A DNA stretch of 64,000 nucleotides from Mizuhopecten yessoensis (taxonomy: Eukaryota). The notes beneath the pieces are model-generated. The model saw only the letters and a list, made by a program, of their open reading frames with translations, was not told the origin of the DNA and did not search any database. The stretch is taken from assembly GCF_002113885.1 (NCBI RefSeq), contig NW_018480064.1, positions 821,619 to 885,618 of the forward strand, read 5' to 3'. Made by a program: the position numbers and the translations under genes. Positions 41,222-55,600 of this stretch are shown here, piece after piece (position 1 is the first letter of the stretch; each line of letters begins with the position of its first letter).

Positions 41222-44200
41222 ATTTTGTGCTGAGTATGTTAGATGATTTTGTGTAGAGAATGTAAGATAAGATGATTTTGTGCTGAGGATGGTAGATGAT
41301 TTTGTGAAGAGAGTGTAAGATAAGATGATTTTGTGCTGAGGATGGTACATGATTTTATATTGAAGTTTGTGGATGATTTTGTGCAGAGGATTGTTGATGA
41401 TATTGTGCGGAGCATGTTAGATGATTTTGTGCTGAGAATGGTTGATGTTTTTGTGCCGAGGATGGTTGATGATATTGTGCGGAGCATGTTAGATGATTTT
41501 GTGCTGAGAATGGTAGATGATTATGTGCTGAGGATGGTAGATGATTTTGTACTGAGGATGGTAGATGATTTTTTGCTGAGGATGGTAGATGATTTTGTGC
41601 TAAGGATGTTAGATGATTTTGTGCTAAGAATGGTAGATGATTTTTTGCAGAGGATGTTAGATGATTTTGTGCAGAGGATGGTTGATGATATTGTGCGGAG
41701 CATGTGAGATGATTTTGAGCTGAGAATGGTTGATGTTTTTGCGCCGAGGATGGTTGATGATATTGTGCGGAGCATGTTAGATTATTTTGTGCTGAGAATG
41801 GTTGATGTTTTTGTGCCGAGGATAGTTGATGATATTGTGCGGAGCATGTTAGATTATTTTGTGCTGAGAATGGTTGATGTTTTTGCGCCGAGGATGGTTG
41901 ATGATATTGGGCGGAGCATGTTAGATGGTTTTGTGCTGAGAATGGTAGATGATTATGTGCTGAGGATGTTAGATGATTATGTGCTGAGAATGGTAGATGA
42001 TTATGTGCTGAGGATGTTATATGATTTTGTGCCAAGGATGGTCGATGATTTTGTGCTGAGGATGTTAGTTAGATGATTATGTGCTGAGGATGGAAGATGA
42101 TTTTGTGCTGGGGATGTTAGATGATTATGTGCTGAGAATGGTAGATGATTATGTGCTGAGGATGGTAGATGGTTTTGTACTGAGGATGGTAGATGATTTT
42201 TTGCTGAGGATGGTAGATGATTTTTTGCTGAGGATGGTAGATGATTTTTTGCTGAGGATGTTAGATGATTTTTTGCTGAGGATGTTAGATGATTTTTTGC
42301 TGAGAATGGTTGATGTTTTTGTGCCGAGGATAGTTGATGATATTGTGCGGAGCATGCTAGATGATTTTGTGCTGAGAATGGTAGATGATTATGTGCTGAG
42401 GATGGGAGATGATTTTGTACTGAGGATGGTAGTTGATTTTTTGCTGAGGATGGTAGATGACTTTGTGCTAAGGATGGTAGATGATTTTGTGCAGAGGATG
42501 GGAGATGATTTTGTGCTGAGGATGTTAGCTGATTTTGTGCCAAGGATGGTCGATCATTTTGTGCTGAGGATGTTAGATGATTCTGTGCTAAGGATGTTAG
42601 ATGATTATGTGCTGAGTATGGTAGATGATTTTGTGCTGAGTATGTTAGATGATTTTGTGTAGAGAATGTAAGATAAGATGATTTTGTGCTGAGGATGGAA
42701 GATGATTTTGTACTGAGGATGGTAGTTGATTTTTTGCTGAGGATGGTAGATGATTATGTGCTGAGGATGTTATATGATTTTGTGCCAAGGATGGTCGATG
42801 ATTGTGTGCTGTGGATGTTAGATGATTATGTGCTGAGTATGGTAGATGATTTTGTGCTGAGGATTTTAGATGCTTATGTGCCGAGGATGGTAGATGATTG
42901 TGTGCTGAGGATGTTAGATGATTTTGTTCAGAGGATTGTTGTTGATATTGTGCGGAGCATGTTAGATTATTTTGTGCTGAGAATGGTTGATGTTTTTGTG
43001 CCGAGGATGGTTGATGATATTGGGCGGAGCATGTTAGATGCTTTTGTGCTGAGAATGGTTGATGTTTTTGTGCCGAGGATAGTTGATGATATTGTGCGGA
43101 GCATGTGAGATGATTTTGAGCTGAGAATGGTTGATGTTTTTGCGCCGAGGATGGTTGATGATATTGGGCGGAGCATGTTAGATGATTTTGTGATGAGAAT
43201 GGTTGATGTTTTTGCGCCGAGGATGGTTGATGATATTGGGCGGAGCATGTTAGATGATTTTGTGCTGAGGATGGTAGATGATTTTTTGCTGAGGATGTTA
43301 GATGATTTTGTGCAGAGGATGGTAGATGATTTTGGGCTGAGGATGGTAGATGATTTTGTACTGATGATGGTATATGATTTTTTGCTGAGGATGGTAGATG
43401 ATTTTGTACTGAGGATGGTAGTTGATTTTTTGCTGAGGATGGTAGATGACTTTGTGCTAAGGATGGTAGATGATTTTGTGCAGAGGGTGGTAGATGATTT
43501 TGTGCTGAGGATTTTAGATGATTTTTTGCTGAGGATGGTAGATGATTATGTGCTGAGGATGGTATTTGATTTTGTGCTGAGGATGTTAGTTAGATGATTA
43601 TGTGCTGAGGATGGTAGATGATTTTGTGCTGAGGATGTTAGATGATTATGTGCCAAGGATGGTAGATGATTATGTGCTGAGGATGTTAGATGATTTTGTT
43701 CAGAGGATGGTAGATGATTTTGTGCTGAGGATGTTAGATGATTTTGTGCTGAGGATGTTAGATGATTTTGTGCCAAGGATGGTCGATGATTTTGTGCTGA
43801 GGATGTTAAATGATTATGTGCCGAGGATGGTAGATGATTATGTGCTGAGGATGGAAGATGATTTTGTTCAGAGGATGGTAGATGATTTTGTGCTGAGGAT
43901 GTTAGATGATTATGTGCCGAGGATGGTAGATGATTATGTGCTGAGGATGGTAGATGATTTTGTTCAGAGGATGGTAGATGATTTTTTGCTGAGGATGTTA
44001 GATGATTTTGTGCAGAGGATGGTAGATGATTTTGTGCCAAGGATGGTAGATGATTATTTGCTGAGGAAGGTAGATGGATTTTGTGCTGAGGATGGTAGAT
44101 GATTTTTTAGCTGAGGATGTTAGACGATTTTGTGCTGAGAATGGTAGATGATTTTGTGCTGAGGATATTAGATGATTTTTTGCTGAGGATGTTAGATGAT

Positions 44201-44350
44201 TTTGTGCAGAGGATGGTAGACGATTTTGTGCAGAGGATGGTAGATGAATTTGTGCTGAGGATGTTAGATGATTATGTGCCGAGGATTGTAGACGATTTTG
44301 TGCTGAGGATGTTAGACAATTTTGTGCTGAGGATGTTGAATGATTTTGTC
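41222..44350. repeat. Minisatellite, 24-bp unit GATGATTTTGTGCTGAGGATGGTA (~130 copies) with 72-bp higher-order blocks
   Basis: Period 24 bp; produces the DDFVLRMV and SSAQNHLP periodic ORFs. Confidence 0.97.
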
Positions 44351-47104
44351 ATTGTGTTTCTTTGTTGACATTTGCATGACTTTGGATGTTCCAAACTTAC
44401 AATTTTCAAGTTTGGTTCTATGGTGAAGGATAAAAAGAAAAAGGAAGAAAATAAAACAATGTTGGCGCATTTTTGATGGTGGGCAATGTTGGTCACATTT
44501 GATTTGTACAGGAAACAGCTTACTATATAATGTGTGTACTTTTATTAATATCATTTCTCATGATTGAAAATATCTTCAACAATTGAAGAAAGAACATATT
44601 GTGAATTGCCTTCAGCTCTTTATCAAGGGAATGAAGGAACCTTACATGAAGCATTTATATGTTTGATGGTGATGAGAATATATTTGACCTTCTGAAAGAT
44701 TTTCGAAAATTGTTTTCATATTTTGGCATTGTTCCTATCTCCAAGCTTTAACAAATAAAGAAATTACTAAAAAGACTGTTTCTTGTTGGTTGATGAAAGT
44801 TTGATGTTGTTTCTGGTATCTAAATCTGATTGGAAATAAATGTAAACCTTTTTTCAGACTGCTCTTAATTGGCTCAGAGGGATTTGGTGTCTTTGCAATC
44901 GTAAGGCATTGAGAAATATCCAAAATTTCTTTCTGACGGGCTGGGAGGTGTTCAGGGAAATCCTAAGAACTAAGAATTAAGGAACTTGTTGGTCAGTTTA
45001 GTGTTGATGTCTTCAAAGGAAAAATATACTCCAGTGGACCCCAGTAGTATTGACTGCTTGCACTGCCTAGGATTTAGAAAATTTGGAGATGTTGCCTTCC
45101 TGGAGATGGACTTAATTAGGGATTTAGGGGACAGTTATAAAGGAGATCTATTGTGTTTGAGAACTGATTTGTTTGCACATTAGTAATGTTAATTTTGAAG
45201 ACATTATATAACTGGGCGTCGGCTCTTAATGCATCTTCCATCTAGACATTGCATCCATAGACAATGGAAGGAAACAGAGTGCTTACTTTTTCTTAGATGA
45301 TCTGTCCGGCAGGGTGGGTTGGTGGGATGAACTCACCTGGGTTGGCAGATAGCAAAAAGTATTGATAAAATATCAAAATCATCTCTGCACTCCCTAAACA
45401 TAGTCCTCAAACAGATGTGGGGCAAAGAAAATGCCTCCCGACCATTTCTTTGAAAATATCATAATTCCCTATGATTTTAATTACAAGTTGACTTGTGAAA
45501 ATATTTACAAATTTTGGTTCTCATGTATATAATTGTAGCAACAAATATGAACCTCAATCTTCTGCAATCAGTGAAATGATCAAGTCTGCTTCTTTTTATT
45601 ATGTTATTGTATCATGTTAGTTATATCATTTTATATGATAGCTGGTGCATATGCACTAAAACACCAAACATTTTGGAATTATAAAATATCATGTTTCGGT
45701 CTCAATTAAAAAGATGTTATTGCTCAATAAATCATCATAACTACATCATATTGTGTTCAGATGTGAAAAAAAAATCAAAATTGCCTATAGTTAATAAAAA
45801 TGATTTAAAAGAGAATGTTAGTTTGAGCATTGAGTCCAAATTGATCACTAATATGACAACTTTTTGATACTGTGCAGTAACGTCACCTGATTTTATTGTT
45901 GAAATAGAAAATAACATCTTTATGACTTTAAATCAAAACTCTAATTAAATACAATCCATTTATAAGTTATTTCAATTCAATGTGCTCAATGATGTACACA
46001 AGGTGCAATGATTTTCGTCACCTACAACCAACATGCATGCTACAGTGATTCCACATGAGTGCACATTGCATGCATGAACGATTCACATTTTATATCTGCT
46101 ATTAGGACATGAAGGAGGCCATTAGTTTTCCAGTCTGATATAACAGTAAACTTTGACATCATGCCATCGTCTATGGTAAAATAAATGCTCAATTTGCATA
46201 TCCGATGTAATTTTACAGGTCTCGCATTAAAGTGGAAAAGGCCGGGTATCCGTTCTGGCAATTTATCTTTTTCTCTCTCTCGAAAAACTTGCTTCCCTCC
46301 CGAAATGGACAATTTATTTAAATTACTGCCATTGCTGACAATTAAGCATTTGAATGACACTGATCTTCTTTCTTAGACCATGAAGTATCAAGTGTTTCTC
46401 TTTTAAGCTTTTATTTGAAACAGAATCTTAACATTTTTTTCTAAATTTTAAATTAATGATTTATATTGATCTTTGATAAGTGTTATTCAAATCATAGCTA
46501 TTGAATAATCTATAGATAAGAAATAGTTGAAATGTTACCGATTTGCGAATAATTTGGAATTACGTATCAAATGTTTGATAAATATTTAAGCAAGATTAAT
46601 AGTACATAATACACTGATGAACCGCATGTGTCAAAAGATACATGTGCCCATCTCTAACAATAGAAAAATAGCCTCTCAAGACAGATGGTCTTCTAAGACA
46701 GAAAGTCTCTCAAGAAAAGAAATCTCTCAAGACAGGTTACATATGATTGAGACAGATCATACAATGATGTCCAATGTAAAGAAACATGTATCCCATCACT
46801 GTCAATAAGTCTGTTTAGTGAGGTGGTCCATGTTGACAGGTTCCTTATTATACTGGATACATGTTATGATAATGCAGCAGTGGTTCTGTGGATACATGTG
46901 ACCTATCGCTAACAATGGCAAATAGTTTTTAGGACAGCTGGCCTCTGATGACACGTTCAATATGAGGCCAGTGACAGAACATGCAATGTGACCACTATTG
47001 GTCTCATGAGTAACACCACTTGACCGGCCTGTGAGTTAATTTACTCTGTGCTTAGTGAACTATACACATGAGTATACTCTAACAGTATTGGAGTGTTAGG
47101 TCTA

Positions 47105-48000
47105 CTGTAAATGTGAGCAAACTCACTCAATGTTTGGTGTGCTTTATAAATGTAAACAAACTCACACAATGTTTGGTTTACTGTAAATGTGAGCAAACTC
47201 ACTCGATGTTTGGTGTATCATAAATGTGAGCAAACTCACTCAATGTTCGGTGCACTTTATAAATGAAAGCAAACTCAATGTTTGGTGTACTTATATATGT
47301 GAGCAAACTCACTCAATCTTTGGTGCACTTTATAAATGAAAGCAAACTCAATGTCTGGTGTACTTATATATGTGAACAAACTCACTCGATGTTTGGTGTA
47401 TTATAAATGTGAGCAAACTCACTCAATGTTCAGTGCACTTTATAAATGAAAGCAAACTCAATGTTTGGTGTACTTATATATGTGAGCAAACTCACTCAAT
47501 CTTCGGTGCACTTTATAAATGAAAGCAAACTCAATGTTTGGTGTACTGTAAATGTGAGCAAACTCACTCAATGTTTGGTGCACTATAAATGTGAGCAAAC
47601 TCACTCAATGTTTGGTGCACTTTATATATGTGAGCAAACTCACTCAATGTTTGGTGCACTTTATAAATGTGAGCAAACTCACTCAATGTTTGGTGTATTT
47701 ATATATGTGAGCAAACTCACTCAATGTTTGGTGTACTTATATATGTGAGCAAACTCACTCAATGTTTGGTGTACTTATATATGTGAGCAAACTCACTCAG
47801 TATTTGGTAAAATCTATATATGTGAGCAAACTCACTCAATGTTTGGTGTACTTATATATGTGAACAAAATCACTCAATATTTGGTGTACTTTATAAATGT
47901 GAGCAAACTCACTCAATGTTTGGTTTACTTAACAAATGTAAACAAACTCACTCAATGTTTGGTGTACTTATATATGTGAGCAAACTCACTCAATGATTGA
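47105..48000. repeat. Minisatellite, ~38-bp unit ATA(A/T)ATGTGAGCAAACTCACTCAATGTTTGGTGTACTT
   Basis: Period 38 bp (47701 vs 47739), with the internal hairpin GTGAG-caaa-CTCAC. Confidence 0.93.
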
Positions 48001-48099
48001 TAAACATTATAAACGTGACCTAATACGTACTTTCATTGTTTTGATTAATACAAGTTAACTCACTACAAATTTAAGTGTTGGCAAGAAATGTGCACTTAA

Positions 48100-51000
48100 T
48101 TTAAGTGTTAAGGGAACTCTTAACATGAGCTAAGTTACTCAGTGTTGGATTGATGTACTATAAACAAAAATAACTTACTTTGTGTTGAGTGATTTACTAT
48201 AAGCATGAGCTGACTCACTCAGTGTTTGAGTGGTGTACTATAGGTATGAGCTAACTTACTCAGTCTTTGAGTGATGAACTATAAATATGAACTAACTTAC
48301 TCAATCTTTGAGTGATGAACTATAAGCATGAACTAACTCGCTCAGTGTTTGAGTGATGTACTTACTATAAGCATGAGCTATCTCGCTCAGTGTTTGAGTA
48401 ATGTACTATAAGTTTGAGCTAACTTACTCAGTATTTGAGTGGTGTACTATAAGAATGAGCAAACTCACTCAGTGTTTGAGTGATGCACTATAATCATGAG
48501 CTAACTTACTCAGTGTTTGAGTGATGCACTATAATCATGAGCTAACTTACTCAGTCTTTGAGTGATGAACTATAAATATGAACTAACTTACTCAATCTTT
48601 GAGTGATGAACTATAAGCATGAACTAACTCGCTCAGTGTTTGAGTGATGTACTTACTATAAGCATGAGCTATCTCGCTCAGTGTTTGAGTAATGTACTAT
48701 AAGTTTGAGCTAACTTACTCAGTATTTGAGTGGTGTACTATAAGAATGAGCAAACTCACTCAGTGTTTGAGTGATGCACTATAATCATGAGCTAACTTAC
48801 TCAGTGTTTGAGTGATGCACTATAATCATGAGCTAACTTACTCAGTCTTTGAGTGATGAACTATAAATATGAACTAACTTACTCAATCTTTGAGTGATGA
48901 ACTATAAGCATGAACTAACTCGCTCAGTGTTTGAGTGATGTACTTACTATAAGCATGAGCTATCTCGCTCAGTGTTTGAGTAATGTACTATAAGTTTGAG
49001 CTAAATTACTCAGTATTTGAGTGGTGTACTATAAGTATGAGCTAACTTACTGAGTGTTTGATTGATGTACTATAACCATTAGCTAACTTACTCAGTGTTT
49101 GAGTGATGCATTATAAGCCTGAGCTAACTAACTGAGTGTTTGGGTGATGAACTATAAGCTTGAGCTAACTTACTGAGTGTTTGATTGATGTACTATAATC
49201 ATGAGCTAACTTACTCAGTGTATTAGTGATTTACTATAAGCCTTAGCTAACTCACTCAGTGTTTGAGTGATGTACTATAAGCTTGAGCTAAATTACTGAG
49301 TGTTTGATTGATGTACTATAACCATGAGCTAACTTACTCAGTGTTTGAGTGATGTACTATAAGCCTGAGCTAACTAACTGAGTGTTTGGGTGATGAACTA
49401 TAAGCTTGAGCTAACTTACTGAGTGNGTACTATAAGTTTGAGCTAACTTACTCAGTATTTGAGTGGTGTACTATAAGAATGAGCAAACTCACTCAGTGTT
49501 TGAGTGATGCACTATAATCATGAGCTAACTTACTCAGTGTTTGAGTGATGCACTATAATCATGAGCTAACTTACTCAGTCTTTGAGTGATGAACTATAAA
49601 TATGAACTAACTTACTCAATCTTTGAGTGATGAACTATAAGCATGAACTAACTCGCTCAGTGTTTGAGTGATGTACTTACTATAAGCATGAGCTATCTCG
49701 CTCAGTGTTTGAGTAATGTACTATAAGTTTGAGCTAAATTACTCAGTGTTTGAGTGGTGTACTATAAGTATGAGCTAACTTACTGAGTGTTTGATTGATG
49801 TACTATAACCATTAGCTAACTTACTCAGTGTTTGAGTGATGCATTATAAGCCTGAGCTAACTAACTGAGTGTTTGGGTGATGAACTATAAGCTTGAGCTA
49901 ACTTACTGAGTGCTTGAGTGATGTACTATAAGCATAAGCTAACTAACTCAGTGTTTGAGTGATGTACTATAATCATGAGCTAACTTACTCAGTGTTTGAG
50001 TGATGTTGTATAAGTATGCCATTACTCATTTTGTGTTTGAGTGATGAACTATAAGCATGATATAACTTACTCAGTGTTTGAGTGATGTACTTTAAGCCTG
50101 AGCTAACTCACTCAGTGTTTGAGTGAGGCACTATAAGCATGAGCTAACTTACTCAGTGTTTGAGTGATGTACTAAAAGCCTGAGCTAACTTACTCAGTGT
50201 TTGGCTGATGAACTATAAGCATGAGCTAACTTACTCAGTGTTTCAGTGATGTTGTATAAGTATGACATTACTCATTTTGTGTTTGAGGGATGAACTATAA
50301 GCATGATCTAACTTACTCAGTGTTTGAGTGAGGTACTATAAGCATGAGCTAATTTACTCAGTGTTTGAGTGACGTATTATAAGTATAAGCTAACTTACTC
50401 AGTGTTTGAGTGATGCACTATAATCATGAGCTAACTTACTCAGTGTATTAGTGATTTACTATAAGCCTTAGCTAACTCACTCAGTGTTTGAGTGATGAAC
50501 TATAAGCATGATATAACTTACTCAGTGTTTGAGTGATGTACTAAAAGCCTGAGCTAACTTACTCAGTGTTTGGCTGATGAACTATAAGCATGAGCTAACT
50601 TACTCAGTGTTTCAGTGATGTTGTATAAGTATGACATTACTCATTTTGTGTTTGAGTGATGAACTATAAGCATGAGCTAACTAACTCAGTGTTTGAGTGA
50701 TGGACTATAATCATGAGCTAACTTACTCAGTGATTGAGTGAGGAACTATAAGCATGAGCTAACTTACTCAGTGTTTGAGTGATGTACTATAATCATGAGC
50801 TAACTTGCTCAGTGTTTGAGTGATGTACTATAAGCATGAGCTAATTTACTCAGTGTTTGAGTGACGTATTATAAGTATAAGCTAACTTACTCAGTGTTTG
50901 AGTGATGCACTATAATCATGAGCTAACTTACTCAGTGATTGAGTGATGAGCTATAAGCATGAGCTAACTTACTCAGTGTTTGAGTGATGTTGTATAAGTA

Positions 51001-52600
51001 TGACATTACTCATTTTGTGTTTGAGTGATGAACTATAAGCATGAGCTAACTTACTCAGTGTTTGAGTGATGTTGTATAAGTATGACATTACTCATTTTGT
51101 GTTTGAGTGATGAACTATAAGCATGATCTAACTTACTCAGTGTTTGAGTGATGTACTATAAGCTTGAGCTAACTTACTCAGTGTTGGAGTGATGTACTAT
51201 AAGCCAGAGCTAACTCACTCAGTGTTTGAGTGATGAACTATAAGCATGAGCTAACTTACTCAGTGTTTGAGTGATCTACTATAAGCTTGAGCTAACTTAC
51301 TCAGTGTTGGATTGATGTACTATAAGCCTGAGCTAACTCACTCAGTGTTTGAGTGATGTACTATAAGCATGAGCTAATTTACTCGGTGTTTGGGTGATGA
51401 ACTATAAGCATGAGCTTACTTACTCAGTGTTTGAGTGATGTACTATAAGCATAAGCTAACTTACTGAGTGTTTGATTGATGTACTATAAGCATGAGCTAA
51501 CTTACTCAGTGTTTGGGTGATGAACTATAAGCATGAGCTTACTTACTCAGTGTTTGAGTGATGTACTATAAGCTTGAGCTAACTTACTCAGTGTTTGAGT
51601 GATGTACTATAAGCCTGAGCTAACTTACTCAGTGTTTGGGTGATGAACTATAAGCATGAGCTAACTTACTCTGTGTTTGGGTGATGAACTATAAGCTTGA
51701 GCTAACTTACTCAGTGTTTGAGTGATGTACTTTAAGCATGAGCTAACTTACTCTGTGTTGAGTGATGCACTATAAACATGAGCTAACTTACTCAGTGATT
51801 GAGTTGTGTATTGTAAACATGAGCTGACTTACTCAGTGTTGAGTGATGTACTTTAAGTTTGAGCTATTTTACTCAGTGTTGAGTGATGTACTATTAGTAT
51901 GAGTTAACTTACTCAGTGTTTGAGTGATGTTTTATAAGTATGAGCTAACTTACTCCATGTTTGAGTGTTGTACTATAAACATGAGCTAACTCGCTCAGTG
52001 TTTGAGTGATGTACTATGAGCTTGAGCTAACTTACTCAGTGTTTGAGTGACGTATTATAAGTATGAGCTAACTTACTCAGTGTTTGAGTGATGTACTATA
52101 AGCATGAGCTAATTTACTCAGTGTTTGAGTGACGTATTATAAGTATGAGCTAACTTACTCAGTGTTTGAGTGATGTACTATAAGCCTGAGCTAACTTACT
52201 CAGTGTTTGAGTGATGTACTAAAAGCCTGAGCTAACTTACTCAGTGTTTGAGTGACGTATTATAAGTATGAGCTAACTTACTCAGTGTTTGAGTGATGTA
52301 CTATAAGCCTTAGCTAACTTACTCAGTGTTTGAGTGACGTATTATAAGTATGAGCTAACTTACTGAGTGTTTGGGTGATGTACTAAAAGCATGAACTAAC
52401 TAACTTACTCTTTGTTGAGTGATGTACTATAAAACATGAGCTAAGTTACTCGGTGTTAAGTGATGTACTATAAACATGAGCTAAGTTACTCGGTGATTGA
52501 GTTATGTAAACACAAGCTGACTTACTCAGTGTTTGAGTGATGTACTATTAGCATTAGCTAACTCACTCCATGTTTGTGTGTTAGGTGGACTATAAATATG
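48100..52600. repeat. Minisatellite, 41-bp unit ACTATAAGCATGAGCTAACTTACTCAGTGTTTGAGTGATGT, with a 291-bp higher-order repeat
   Basis: The variant CAGTCTTTGA recurs at 48261, 48552 and 48843 (291 bp apart). There is a single N at 49426. Confidence 0.97.
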
Positions 52601-55600
52601 AGCTATATTGAATGAGATATGTTTTAGTTATTTAGAAATTAGGATATATTAAAAGGTACATTGAAATATGTTATCAAATAGAACAAAAAACATTATTAAT
52701 GAGTAATACTGTTCCAAATTTTCAGGTGTTTATATTTAGTTACATATTCAACTGCATTAAACGATGTTATTGTTTACTCTGTTTAATGGGTGTATTCACC
52801 TTTACTCAATAGTGGTTATAAACTAGTTAATACTGTATTAAAATGTGCTATTCTATAATCTTTGAATGTATACAACCGTATTTAAAATAGTTATATACTC
52901 AAATGAATATTCAACTATATTATATTGTGATATTGCGGAGTGAACATAAACAACTCTAATTTGGTGATTTATACTTAGTTGAATATTGAATATTCAATTG
53001 CCTCAAATATGGTGTTTCAATACCGTTTTGAGGCAATATATTCAACTTTGTATTCAATAGCGGATTTAAGCTTTATTTACTTGTGTTATTTTACACTCCG
53101 TAGAATCAATAAATTAATGTATTTGACAGTATTTAATAGCGTTTTATACTTTGTGTTATCATGTTCTAAACCAAATCAATATATTCAAATCTATTTAGTT
53201 GTGTTAAATTAAATACACAGTTGAATATTCATCCTTATTCAGTTGTGTTACTCAATAATCTATAAATGAGTATACATCCAGTTGTTTGTAATATTTTTTA
53301 TATACATTTAAACTGTTTAATTTTTATATTGTGGAGAAAAAAAAATCTTTTTCTCTGCCTTATATTTGAGATCTACTGAACAATATAATAATCTTAAAGC
53401 TTTATTGAAATGAACTTTTTTTAAAAACATTCTTCTCAGTATCTCGTGCGTGAAACGGGGATTTTTTATTCATAAGTAATTATTTCATTTGGAAATAGCT
53501 ACATACATAATAAAAGAAAATGTGTTTACTCCTGTTGATATCAGACTTTGGTTTTATTGTAGTCCTACACAAATGTCAAAAAGTAGCAAGTTTGTGATAA
53601 GGATGAATGTTAAGTGTCCACAGGCAGCCAGCCAATCGTAGACAAAGACAGATGTAAATAAATTACTCTTAGCTCTCATACTTAATATATCAAAACTCAT
53701 GCATCACATATTTGACATTCTTTTCATTTCTAGTATGTTGAAAAATTACAAAAAGGTGATAAACCGGAAAAGCTGGCCGACACTCCTTGACGGCTGCCGA
53801 CAATAGAGAGAAATCATGATAGCAAGGCTGATATGTACTATTGTGGTTACCTTAACTCAAATTATCCTTTTGTAAAAAGACTTTTTCTTTCCAGGCACTT
53901 CAACTTAACAGATTTTTTCCAGACCCGTTTAAGTATAACATCCACGCTATGAGATACCGTTGTAAGACCTTTCTCTGTCTGTGTTCTGACAATTAGACAA
54001 GCTAGAGATTTGGTTTCTGACAGCTTTAGTGATAAATTACCAATTTTACGCAGAAACAAGTGATCAATACAAATTTTTGTCTTCATTTTAAAAATTATAA
54101 TGCAAGTTCAATCTTTTTCTCCTATTGCTGAAATGTATATTTCATGTCATTTTGTAAATAAATGAAAGGTCATCTATGATTTCAAAGCTAAAAAATAGAA
54201 ACAAGAAAGATATCAGCTCGTTTAGGATAGGAACACCAATTTTTTATTTTATTTTATTACTCATCAGGAAAATATAATAATCATGGAGATGTTTGCCGGG
54301 GCAGATGACTTATACTCTAATTGGTGCGTAAAGTGGGCGTAACGTATACCATTGAGTGGGAGTATAGCACTCCTCAGCATTGACAGTTCACCTCAGAAGG
54401 AAGGGCATCTATGTCTGTATTCTACAGGGTTCAAGGCACACTTGTCAAAAATCTCGTAAAATACTCACTTAAAAAAAAAAAAATCCAGAAAACTGCCAAA
54501 ATAGGGGGATATCAACAGGTATATTTCTTTAAGTCTGAGGTTTAAAATATTCACAACAGATATCTGACCGGGAATTTAGTAAATATTCATAACAACTGTT
54601 ATAAAGTGTGTAATTAAGAGTTGTGGATATTTATGTATTAAATGTTCAGGCTTGTGTAGAACTGATATTGTTAATATTACAAATGAAAATCCTGGTGAAC
54701 ACAACCATGCAAGTAATGTTTGTGTGTGGAGTGAATGTGTCAGGGATTTCAACGGAATATACTCTGTTTTTCCAAAATATTTCATTTTTAGTCTATCATA
54801 TTCACAAAAATAAAGGGTTTTAAATGTTCAGAATACTTATAAGTAAATCAAAAACAAATTTCAAGTTTGTTTGATGTGAATTAACAGCAATATATATATT
54901 AGTTAAGTTTTCACTGTAAGCGTGATACTACAATGAAATGTGTCGGTTGTGATGTGAAGTTGATTTATTACTGGGTAGATACAAAAGGTTATTGATGCTT
55001 AAGGATACTATATGGTCTTACACCAAAATTTACAGAAAGTTTACTTTGTAAAGTCACTCTTTAATAAAAGGTTTTTATTATTTTTTTATTATTAATTTCA
55101 GTCTGACTGGAAAACCTAATGTATCAGAGTTACGAAACCCTATCTTTAAATGTATCATCCATACAATATATCCATAATGATCCTGACTAAAACAGCCTAA
55201 TTTTTTAAGATTGGGTTTTATTTGAAAACTTGGCATTGAGAACCTCAATTTTGTTGCATGAAATTGCTAAATGCATCGACTTGATGTGTGCTAGGATGCA
55301 ATGTTCGAGGAAATCCAGAAATGGAGAACCAACCTGTTTGGTGAGTCAACAAACCTCAGCCTTCCCCTCATCACTGTACACAAATCCCCACCCCTATCAC
55401 ACGGAATATCAAATCTGTTCTGATGGATGGGAAAGCGCTGGCTTTAAACCTGCTAAATCCTTCTACGATATCATTACACACACTGATATTCATAATTTCT
55501 GTTTCAGGTCTTTTGAAATTTAACCACCTATTTTCCATACACTTAACACAAAGCTCATTCAAATATCTGGTTTCTTTTGCGACGAGGTGAGGACTTTTTA

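Noticed and set aside
41222-44350. GATGA...CTGA box C/D-like words in the 24-bp unit
   Set aside because: Antisense to the host gene, spacing too short for a snoRNA, and no guide sequences.
41239-44368. ORFs of DDFVLRMV / SSAQNHLP repeats resembling low-complexity or shell-matrix proteins
   Set aside because: The 24-bp unit lacks stops in several frames on both strands, indels break the frames, and the region is intronic.
47105-48000. GTGAGCAAA resembling the miR-87 5' end
   Set aside because: Only the first 9 nt match, it is part of a satellite unit, and there is no pre-miRNA hairpin.
17045-52600. CRISPR-like arrays of palindromic 32-42-bp repeats
   Set aside because: Units are head-to-tail without unique spacers, no cas genes are present, and the context is a spliceosomal eukaryotic gene.
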